Assembly (NCBI GenBank): GCA_004431415.1
Contig: QPMI01000416.1
Coordinates: forward strand, 817,086-881,085
DNA length: 64,000 nucleotides
DNA from: Cyanophora paradoxa CCMP329
Lineage: Eukaryota > Plantae > Glaucophyta
Direction of reading: 5' to 3'
Numbering within the stretch: the stretch's first letter is position 1; each line of letters starts with the position of its first letter. Below, one piece after another: positions 9,351-20,100 of the stretch. The notes below the pieces were generated by a model. That model saw only the letters and a list, made by a program, of their open reading frames with translations, was not told the DNA's origin and ran no database searches. The position numbers were made by a program, and so were the translations under genes.

Positions 9351-11948
9351 ACGCCCTCGTCGTCCACATCGCATGGCCAGCGCCAGACCCTCCCCTCGCG
9401 CTGCGAGCGATTGACCCACGAGTGCTATTGCTATAGTGAATTAATTTATATAGACTCAATGATTGGGGTCCGGATCCGCCTTGAGGTGGCACGCATGCCC
9501 ATGGCCATGACCATGGCGAACAGCAATGAGCTAGCTATAGCGCTCGCGATCGATCGAGATCTCCGGCGCTACCGCATATGCATATATATGCATGAGTGCA
9601 CACGTGAGCTCGCGAGGGCATTGCGGACACTGTGGCACTGATCGCGGCATGTACACGCGAGCTCGAGGTCCCGCAACACGGCCGTTATGCATGTGCAGCT
9701 GGCAGCTGACGATTGCATAAAATGAAAGCGCTAACCGTAGAGAAGAGAAACAGATTCAAAAAGAAGTCAGCCAGGGCCCGGGATTGGGCCACCGAAACGC
9801 GAGAGAGGCGTCTACGACGCTCGCAAGAAAGCACTCGCTAGGCTCCAATGAGTGCTCGAGGGCCGCCTGCAGCCACGCCGTGCCAGGCGCGCCGCCCTCG
9901 GCGAGGGCGGGCGGGGCGCGCCGCCCTCGGGAGGGCGGGCGGGCGGCGCTCAGTCGTCCCACGCGTCGGGGATGCTCTCGCGGGGGGGCAGCACGTTCCC
10001 CGCCGGCCCCGCCGAGGGCGCCGCCCCGCTCGGGGGCGTCGGGCTCTCCGTCCGGTCCGAGAGTGGCTGCAGGCGGGGCGGGGCGCGTGAGGGGGGCCGG
10101 GGGCCGGGAGCGGAGCGGGGCGTGGGCAGGGTGGGTGGCGGGCCTGGAGGAGCATGTGCTTGTACTTGTCGTCGACGTTCATCGCGGCGACCTGCTCCTC
10201 GAGCTCCTTGCGCCGCAGCCGCTGCTCCTCCTTCTCCGCCTTCTCCCGCCGCCGCGCCGCCTTGCCGGCCGCGAACACCGCCTCCCCGCCCCCGACTCCG
10301 GCCGGTGCGCGTCCGCGATCGCCCGCCGGATCGAGAGCACCTGCGGGGCGGGGGCGGGGCGGGGGGTCAGCGAGGGGCGGGGGCGGGGACGGCGGCGGGG
10401 GCGCGCGATGTCGGCGTCGCGGTCGTCGTAGAAGGAGGTGGCCTTGCCCCAGGTGCCGGCCCGCCCCGTGCGCCCGATGCGGTGCACGTAGTCCTCCATC
10501 TTCTTCGGCAGGTCGTAGTTGATCACGTGGGTGATGCCCTGCGGCCGGCCCCTCAGCGCCGGGCCGCGCGGGGCGGGGCGGGGCGGGGCAGCGCGCCGTG
10601 ACGTCGAGGCCGCGGGAGGCGAGGTCCGTGGCGATCAGCACGTTGATCATCCCGTCCCGGTACGACTGCCCCGCGGCCTCAGGGCGGGCCGGCGGGGCCC
10701 GGGGGCGGGCGCGGGGGCGCGGGGCGCGGCTCGCCTGGAGCGCGGCCTCGCGCTGCGGCTGCGTGCGGTCGGCGTGCAGGCGGTCGGCGTGGTGGCCCTC
10801 CTGCGCCCGCCCCGCCCCGTCAGCGGCGCCGAGGGGGCGGGGCGGCGGGGCGGCGGGGCGGGCCTGGAGGAGGGCGACGCAGAGCTCCTCGCACTTGATC
10901 TTCGTCTCCACGAAGACCAGGATCTGCGCCCCGGCCGCCGGCTCGCCGGCGCGCGCGGCGGGGCGGGAAGGGGGCGCCTGCGGCTGGTCCTTGCCCCGCT
11001 CCATCGCCTCCTCTTCGTCCACGCGGATGATCTCGATGAGCCGCTGCTTCTTGCGCTCCTCCGGCGTGTACTCCAGGAACTGCGCCCCGCACACGCTCGC
11101 CCCCGCGGGGGCGCGGGGCGGGCGGGGCGGGCGGGGCGGGCCTGCGTGACGTTCTTCGTCGGCTTGTTGACCGTCCCGATGGAGATGCGGATGGGGTTCT
11201 TGAGGAAGGCCTGCGCCCCCCCGCCCGCCCCGTCGGCCCCCGCGCGGCGGCTTGCCGGCGCATGGGCCGGCGCGGCGCGCCTCTGCGAGGGCCTCGATCT
11301 CCTCGGGCATCGTCGCCGAGAAGAGCAGCGTCTGCCGCTCCTGCCCGCCCCCGCGTCACGAGGCCCCGCCGCGGCGGCCCGTGGCCTGGGGCGGGGCCCG
11401 GGCGGGGGCGGGGCGGGGCGGGGCGTGGCGGGCCTTGGCGATGCGGGCGACGATGTCGTGGATCTGGTCCTCGAAGCCCATGTCGAGCATGCGGTCGGCC
11501 TCGTCCAGCACCAGGAACGAGCACCGCGAGAGCGCCGTGTTCCCCTGCCCGCCCGCGCGCCCCACGCCCCGCCTCGGCCCCCGCGCGCCCCGTGCCGGGA
11601 GGCGGCGGGGGCGGCGCGCCTGCTGGAGGTGCTGGATGAAGCGCCCCGGGGTCGCCACGACGAAGTCCACCCCCGCCCGCAGGTCCCCCCGCTGCCCCGC
11701 CGTCAGCGCCCCAGCCCCCCGGGGGGCGGGGCCGCCGCGCCTGCTGCCCCATGTTCTCCGCCCCGCCCACCACGATGGTGCCCTTGATGCGGGACGAGAT
11801 GGAGAACATCTTCGCCTCCTGCGCCCCGGCTCGTGCGCGGCGCGGCGGCGGCGGCGCGGCGGGCTGCGCGCCTTGTCGATCTGCTGGGCGAGCTCGCGGG
11901 TCGGGGCCAGCACGAGGGCGATCGGGCCGTCCCCACGCTGGATCGGCG
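9351..11948 (-). pseudogene. Inverted, 5'-truncated duplicate of the helicase 3' two-thirds plus downstream flank
   Basis: Reverse complement of about 2686-5298 at very high identity; lacks the Q motif and Walker A exons. Confidence 0.85.
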
Positions 11949-11949
11949 G

Positions 11950-12170
11950 TCAGGGTCGGGGGTTGGGGGTGGGGGCGGGGCGGGCGGGGCGGGGTGGAGC
12001 GGGGCGGGGCGGGGCGGGGCGGGGCGAGGCGGGGCGGGCGGGGCGGGGCGGGGCGGGGCGGGGCGGGGCGGGGCGGCCGGGGGGGGGGGGGGGGGGGGGG
12101 GGGGGGCGGGGCGGGGCGGGCGGGGCGGGGCGGGGCGGCCGGGGGGGTGGGGGGGGCGTTGAGGTGGGGC
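11950..12170 (+). repeat. (GGGGC)n and poly-G tract with G-quadruplex potential at the inversion breakpoint
   Basis: About 220 bp of almost only G/C with GGGGC units and a G run of about 27 nt near 12079-12106. Confidence 0.85.
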
Positions 12171-12787
12171 GAGCTCGAGGCGGGTCTTGCAAATTGGCGA
12201 TGCGCATGCATATGGAGGCGACGATCATCGGATATTGATGATATCGTGAATATCGATCTGGCCGGCACTGAGGCATGTGGGTGATGCATGCATGTGGGTG
12301 CACGTGATGCTGGATGAATTTTCGAACAGACCGGATGTGGAGGATGTTGGTGTGTTTTCTGGGTGGGTTCCGAAACCTCAGGGGAGCCTCGGAGGGGCAG
12401 GTGTATTGTGAGGGGCAAGAGGGCCGGGGCGCCCGACAGCATCGCGTGCAGACCACAACATGTACAGGTCACCGGGTGCCGGAGGATCAAGCTTCGACGT
12501 CAGCTTTCCCCCACCCTCGAGCTCGCTCCGAGATCTTACAAGCTTCAGGTCCTGTTGTACCCCTGCTGCCTCGTTGCGATCTGGCCCAGCTTCCATTCTA
12601 GATTAAAATGAAGTGCTGATAGGGGTTGAGTGAGGCGAAGTCCGGCTTTCAAGCTGAATAAAAGAAGTCACTAGAGGGAACGGGGACCTAATGTACGCGT
12701 TCGAAATACAGCGAATGAGTTGGCGTGGGGGATAGTCGGGGCAGGGCGGGGCAGCAGTGGGGGACCAGAAGCTGGTGGAAGGTGGCC

Positions 12788-14303
12788 CTACAAGAAGTAG
12801 GAAACAGTGCTCCGGGTCGGGATCATCTCGTGCGCCTCGGACACTTCCCTGAAGATCTGCGCCGGACCACGTAAGCTGGCGAAAGTGGCTCGCAGGTTGA
12901 CCCGCGGACCTTGAACTCGCGCTCAAGGTTGTCCTTGAAGGCCAGGATGGCGGCAACGTTGCCACAGCGGTAGCAGTAGTTGGGGGCCGACCAAACTGTC
13001 ACAAGGCTCTTGTCTGGGAACATGTACTTGTACCCCTCTTGAACCAGCTGATGCGCCCGGCAGATCAGCTCCAGCTTGTTCAAATGGTTGAACTGCGTAG
13101 CTCCATGACGTCAATCGCGGCCAAGGCAGCGCGGGGCCCAGAACGAGCCGCCCGCACCTCTGCCGTCACTTTGGCGCCGAAGAGCCATCCGGCACCTCGC
13201 GGGCTGACCGCCCACGTCTCGATCTCCTCCGGGTCGCTCCACATAAGGTCTTCGCGGGCGGAGCACTCAGGGGGGACATCACGGGCACAGGAAGGGGCAG
13301 GGCTAACCGCAGAAGGAGCCCTCGTGAGGGATCTCCTGTCTCCGGTTGATAGTGCGGATCTGGTCCAGCGTCCGGATGTCGGGGGACAAGCCGCCGTGCA
13401 CGCAGAGGATACGGCCGTCGATGACCTACGACCGCGGCCGGTTCGCACCGATGTACGCAGCGGCGGGACGCAATGCGAACAGCGGCGCACGGCGGCGAGC
13501 GTCAGGTAATCGAAGACATCTGTACAGTACTTCCACGCGTTCGCGTTGCCGTACTTGCGCTGGCACTCGTCGTAAAAACCGTACACCTGCGTGATTTGCC
13601 GCGACTCGTGGTTCCCGCGGAGTAGTGTGATGTTCGCTGGATACCTGCGAGTAGACGGTGAGGATGCCAGACAGAAGGAAAGAAGAGAGAAGAAGTCGAC
13701 GGGATCGGTCGGCTCACCTCGCCTTCAAGCAGAGCAGCAGCGTGAATGTTTCAAGGCTGTTGTATCCACGGTCGACGAAGTCACCCTGTAAACGCAAAAG
13801 CACGCGGTGAGCTGCAAACGGACGCGCACGCGGGGAGCTAGCCCCGGCAGCGATTCACCATGAAGATGTAGTTCGTGTCGGGGATCTCGCCTCCCGTGCG
13901 GAATAGCTCCAGCAGATCGTGGAACTGGCCGTGGATGTCTCCGCACACTGTGACGGGGCTGCTAACGGGCTGCACATTGCTCTCCTCGAGCAGCAGCTCC
14001 TTAACCTGCCATCGAACGCGTCGAAACCAGAGGGCCGCTCGACGAGGAGGGATGCGAACCCCCTCGCAGAGCTTCTTCAGATCGTTTTCTGAAAGATACT
14101 CGCACTTCCTGACCTGCTCAATCCTGTGACCCTGGGTGGTGAGCACAGGGCCGGGCAGGCGAAGATCGGCGAGGAATGGCACCATTTGTCCTGTTTCCGG
14201 TCGAATCACGGAAGGCACAGTCGCGGGCGAGAGGGGACAAGCGTCAGACGCAGGCAGCGGGAGACACACACGGCATTCAAACGGGCCGCGAGCTCACCAA
14301 CAT
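12788..14303 (-). CDS. PPP6C: Ser/Thr protein phosphatase 6 catalytic subunit
   Basis: [71 protein letters not shown] and C-terminal YFL-stop; start ML/DKW/IEQ assembled from micro-exons. Confidence 0.92.
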
Positions 14304-14565
14304 CGTGCCTGTTCGGATGCTGTTTCGCACTACGCGAACTCAACGGGTCTACGACACGGCTGGCCCCTCTGCTATTCGCGCGGCGGTGTGCCCAGGGCGC
14401 TGGGGTTCGGGATAACCGCTGGCTTCCTTCCACGAACACACAACCCGAGCCTTCGTCGGCGCTGCAGTCCGGTGCGGCTGGCCGACTTCCTGGATCGCTG
14501 CGTGGGGGTACGCCCGGTACTGCGGCAGGGGGGTACACGGAGAGAAGCTAGGCACTTTCGAGCGA

Positions 14566-16200
14566 TGGTGGCCATGGAGGCCGTGCAGCATGTGCTTTCG
14601 CCGGTAGGAGAGTCGGTGCAATCCAGCGAGGCCGCCGTCGAGCGTGCGTACGAGTGCCCGATATGCCACGAGGTTCTCTTTGATCCAGTGACGACACATT
14701 GCGCCCATTCGTGCGCTGTTTCTACCATGCCCCCGCCCTTCGGCACTGAGGCGCAGCGGGTCCTAGGTTTTGCAGACGCTGCATCGCGGCGGCGTTGCGG
14801 CGGGACCCCCGCTGCCCCTGCTGCAGGGCCGTACAGGTCCCGGACCTCCTACAGCCGAACGCGGAGCTGCGCGCGGCGGTGGCGAGGGACTGCCCCAACG
14901 CGTACGACGAGCGCGCGCGCGCCAACGCGAGCTCCGTCCTTTTCGTGGGATCGACCGGTTCTGGGTGCGTTAGCCGGGTCCGGCCTCGGCGCGCCGCGCG
15001 GCCGCCGCCGAGACGCGCAATTCATGCGCAGGAAGAGCGCGGCGATCAACTACCTGTGCGGGGAGCGGGTGTGCGGGACGAACGCCTTCGAGCGGGAGAC
15101 GCAGGACGTGGCTTGGCACGCGCGGACGCTCCCGGCGGCGGGGACAGAGGACGGGCTTGACACGGGCGGTGCGGGCCACGAGCTCCTGGCCTTCCGCCTC
15201 ATCGACACCCCGGGGCTCCTCCCGCACGGTGCCCGCGCCCCGCCCCGCCCCGCCGTCCCGCGGGATGAGCGCGCTGCAGCCGAGGGGCGCGCGGAGCGGG
15301 AGGAGGACACGCGGGAGAACCGATGCGCGCTCGACAAGGCGCGCGGGGCAGGCGGGGCGCCGCCCGGGCCCGGAGCCCACATGACGCCGTCGCAGATTGT
15401 GCGCTTCGTGACCAAGGGCGCCGAGGAGGGGCGGGCGGGCGGTGCGCGCGGGACCCCGGCCTGGACGCTTGCGGCGTTCTTCTAGGACGCGAGCGGGCGC
15501 GGGGCGCACTGCGGCAGAGACGCACGCGCACTGCGTGGCGTGGGTCGAGCGGGCCGACCTGCTTCGCCCCGAGGTGCCGTCCCCTGAAGTGTCTGCCGGC
15601 CGGCGGCGCGCTGAGACGCAGCGGGGAGCGGCGCAGGGGGACCGGAGGACGGCGCGGGCGCTGACGGAGCGGCTCGGGGCGGGGGTCTGGCGGCGGGCGG
15701 CCCTGCTGCTGACCCACGCCGAGGGGACCCCCGACGCCGCCCTCGCCGCCCGCCTCCGCTCCATGCGGGCCCGCCCCGCCCCGCCCCGCTCCCCCGCCCC
15801 GGCGCACGCGCCGAGGCCGGGGCGGCGCGCGCAGGAGGCGATACGCGAGGCGAGCGGGGACGCGGGGGCGCCGGCGCCCCCGCACGCGCTCCTCTCATGC
15901 CTGCGGGGGCGCCCCCTTCCCCCGGGCTGCTGCTCGCCCGCCGAGGCGGCCGGTGTGCTGGCGCGCGTGGCGCGGGCCGCAGAGGCCGACCCACGCGCCG
16001 CCGCCGCTTCTGCAGCTTCCCTCGCCCGCGGCGGGCCGCCCTTTCCCATCCCGGGTCCGACCAAACGCTTGGCTGTTCGCCTCCCCGCGCTGCCGGCGCT
16101 GACGCTGCGGCGCAGCTGCTGCGGAGGAGGACGGGGAGCGGGGCGGGTGGCTGGCGTCGGAAGAGAGCGGGGCGGGGTGGGAGGTCGTCGTCGTCCGAAC
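14566..16200 (+). CDS. C3HC4 RING finger fused to a Toc34/AIG1-family GTPase
   Basis: CPICHEVLFDPVTTHCAHS/FCRRC..CPCC; then VLFVGSTGSG/KSAAINYLCGERV, LIDTPGL, WVERAD, ALTERLGAGVWRRAALLLTHA; 3' end uncertain. Confidence 0.78.
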
Positions 16201-17118
16201 TCCCGAGCCCTGGCCCGTGACCGCCCTCAAGGCGCGCCCTCTCAAACGTTCTCCCCCTCTCGCCTCCCCCCGACCCCCCTCCCCCTGGCGCCTCTCTTCC
16301 CGTCTTATCGGAGAGGTAAATCTGCAAGGCTTTCGCGGTGGGGCAGCACCTCTGGACGAGCAGGTACCCCCTCTGGCTGAAGCTTTTTCAGGCGAGGGAC
16401 ACGTCCCCCCACACCCAACCCCCCGTCCCCTTCCCCCCGTTGAGCCGGAGATTGTGCAGGGGGCGCTAGCGCTGCTCTGGCTGTCCGGCTTCTCTTCGGT
16501 GAGCGTGCGCAGTGGACGGGGTGGCAGCGCGGCGACCCTCGAGTCTTTACAGGGGACGCGCTCCTACCGGCACCGCCTGGGGCCCCGCCGCGCCGTCATC
16601 AACGGTTAGCCGCCGCGCGCCAGCTGCAACGTGTGAAGCTCTCAGTCAAAGTGAATAGCTAGCGTCCTACGGTAGTAGCGCTAAATCTTACATATCCACT
16701 GCTGACTAAGTGAGTCGTACTACGGTAGTTACTAAGTTACTAGTAACTTAGTAACTGTGACAGAAGTCTCCAGCGGGGCCGGCGCCGCTGGCACTGCGGC
16801 ATAATACTATGATCATTGGATATCCGATGATCGATTCGACTTTCAAGTTTAATATGCCATGATGCCATGCAAATGAGAGCATACGAATGGCAAAAAAGTT
16901 TAACTTCGGAACGTCGGAAGCCCTTGAAGTGCATCACATAGCGGTGATGGCGTGGCCCCAGCGACAGACTAACTGGCCGGGCCGCGGCAGGCTCGCGACG
17001 CCTCGCGTTCGGCATCATCGTCAAACAACGCCGTGACGTGCTCGAGTATGTACTTATATGCAGAAATAGTAAACATGAGGAACACTGGGGCCGGTGCGGG
17101 GCTGGCGGGCCGGCGGGG

Positions 17119-20100
17119 CTAGACGGCGATCTTGCTGAGGGCGAGCTCGGAGGCAAGCAGGTCGGAGTCCTTAAGGCCGCACAACTGCGCCCGCCCCGAC
17201 GTCAGCCGCCGCCGCCGCCCGGCGCGCAACGCGGGCCCCGCTGCTGCGCACCTCGCGGACGTGCTGCGTGCAGGCGCGGCACTGGATGCTGCCCGGGCGC
17301 GCCCCGGTCGGCACCTCCTGCCTGCCCCGCGAGACCCGCTTCATCGGCGGGCTCTGGCCGGCCCCCGTCGGGCTTGACGCCGGCGCTGCCTCATGCGGCG
17401 ACGAGGGCGCTTGCTGCACGGGCGCCTGCGGCTGAGGCGGCGGCGGGTGCGCCTCGGGCTCGCCGGCAGCGGCGGCGGCGGCGGCGGCGGCAGCGCCGGC
17501 GCCGGCGGCGGCGTCCGGGGCGAGGGGGAGGTCGAGGAGGAGGAGGTCGGGGTCGTCGCGCGGGAGGTGCGCATCACAGAAGGCCGTCGGGCACGTGCGG
17601 CACTTGTGCCGCGGCTCGCCCAGCGTCTCGGCCGCCACGAAGCAGAGGCCGCAGTGGTGCCAGGGGCAGTGCCACTTGCCCTGGGGCACGGCGGCGAGGC
17701 CGACGCAGGCGGAGTGGTAGACCTTGCCGCAGCGGGGGAAGTCGCAGATGATGAGGGTACCGCCGTCCTTGCAGACGAAGCAGGCCCCCTCGGGCTCCGG
17801 GTCGGGGAGCTCTTCCCGCTGGTTCGCCCCCAGCACGTAGTTCAGGTGGAAGGCCGCCGCCACCGAGATGTGCGCGGGGCCGACCCCACCGTGCGCCCCC
17901 GCCCGCCCCGCCCCCACCGCCCCCGGGCCTCCCGCCGCCGGCGACGCGTTCGACGCCCGGCTGCCGCGCCCCGTCAGACAACAGCGGCGCCAGAAAGAAG
18001 AGCGCAGGGCGCACTTGACGCATATAGGGCACTTGTAGGTGCCGTCGGCGGCAGCCGCCGCCGCGCGGGCGGCCTCGCGGGGGCCGTAGAGGAAGCGGAT
18101 GCAGGGGGCGCAGAGGACGCGGGGGCAGGCGCTGCAGGGGCGGGCCTCGGCCTCGCGGAGGGCGCAGCAGCAGCAGAGGGCGTCGCGGGCGGCGCCCGGC
18201 TCGGCGGGGCGCGCGTCGGGGGCGGCGAGCGCCGTCGTCGCGAGGCGCCCCAGCGGGAGCTGCGGGATGGCCCCCGCCGCCGCGTCCTCCGCCCCCTCCC
18301 GCCCCGCCCCGCCTCCCCGCTGCCGGCCCCGCCGCCTCCGCCTCCACGCGGGCGGGGGCGGGCGCCGGCGCGGGCGGGCGGGGCGGGTGGAGCGGAGGGC
18401 GGGGGCCCGCGGTAGTCCTCCTCGCGGGTGAGGCCGCAGGCGGCGGCGCGGGCGACGCGGGCCTCGACGCGAGCCGCGCAGCCGATGCAGAGCCAGAAGT
18501 TGAGCTCGCCCAGCGCCCCGTGCCGCCGGAAGCGCGCCCCGTGCTGCGCGCAGCCGCGCAGGCAGCACGCGACGCTGTGGTCCACCACCGTCTCGCTGAT
18601 CGGGCGCCCGCCCTCCATCGCCGGGGGCGCCTGCGCGACGCGCGCAACCTCTGCGCCGTGGCCCTCCGCAGCGGCGGCCGCCTCGTCGCGGCGGCGTGGG
18701 GCGACGGCGGGGAGTGGGGCGGGGGAGGCGGTGGCGGAGCGCTCGGCGGGGGGCGGCGGGGGCGGGGCGCCCTGGACGAGGTGGGTGTGGAGGCGGCGGA
18801 GGCCGAAGACGCCTGGGGCGACCTTGATGAACTCCGAGGCGGGGCCCTTGGAGGAGATGTCGAAGTTGAGCGTCGCCGCGAGGTTCTGCGTCGGGTCCTT
18901 GGCCCGCGAGCCCGAGCGCAGCATCTCTTCCCGGAGGGCGATCTCGCAGAGCTCGTCGGCCCGCATCGGGCGGTCGTGCTCGGCGAGGATGCGCGCCGCC
19001 GCCGCCTTCACCCGGAACCCGATCGAGTTCTCCGACTCGGCCCGCCCCGCCTTCGCCTTCCCGGGCCCCGCCCCCGCCCCTGCCGACCCTGCCGCCGCTG
19101 CAGCCGCCGCCTCCTCCGCCCCGCAAGCCTCCGCTGCTGGCGCCAGCGCGTTCGACTCCTCGCCGGCTGCCGTGCCGACCGGCGACGGCTCCGGCGCCGC
19201 CTGCTCAATTGCCGCCACCCCCGGTCCTGTGGCTGTTGTCGCGGCCGCCGCCGCCGCCGCGGCTGCTGCGGCTGCTGCGGCTGCAGAGCGGCGGGAGGAG
19301 CGAGTGCCGAATTCAGCGGGGGACGGGAGCGCCGAAGCGGTGGGTGTGCCGCGCGTGTTGTACCGCCCCGGGGGCGCCCTGCGCATGCGCGGCGGCGTCG
19401 GTAAAAGAAGAAGCTGGCGGGGTGGGGCTGGGGGGGCGGCGGGCACGTATGGAGGGGGCACTTCCAGTCGGTGCCGGGGAGGGTGACGGCGTGGAGGCAG
19501 CCGGCGTGGTAGCTCTTGGCGCAGGCGGGGTCGGCGCAGGGGATGAGGAAGCCGTCCTCCTTGCAGACGTCGCAGACGGCCTCGTTGAGGGTGCCCGTCC
19601 CCGCCTCGGGCCCCTCGGGCGGGGCGGGGCCCTCGTGTGCCGCCTCCCGCGTCGAGTGCGCGCGCAGGCGCTCCTTGACGGCGGCCTCGGAGAGGGGCGC
19701 GGCGCGCGGCTGCGGGCCCCCGGCCTCGGGCGAGATCGCGTAGCAGCTCCCGTCCTCCGTGTTCCCGAAGATCTGGACGAGGCTCGCGGGGAGGCCCAGC
19801 ACCGCCAGCAGGCCGCCCTTGTGCCCCTGGTGCACCGACTTCAGGTGCTGCACCCGGTCCGCGTAGATCGCGAAGCTGCCGCGCGCCGTCAGCGTCGCAC
19901 GCGCCCCGCCGGCAGCGCCGGGCGCACTCGCGGCCGTTGCCCTTGACGATGAGGTTGGTGTCCTTGTAGGGCATGCGGTCGCCCGGGAACCAGGGCTTGA
20001 CCTGGGGCAGCTTGTAGGCGAGGATGTCGATGCCGCGGCTGGGCGGGGCGGGGTGAGCGGGGCGACGGGCGCGTGGGGCGGGGGGGCGGGCGCGGACACG

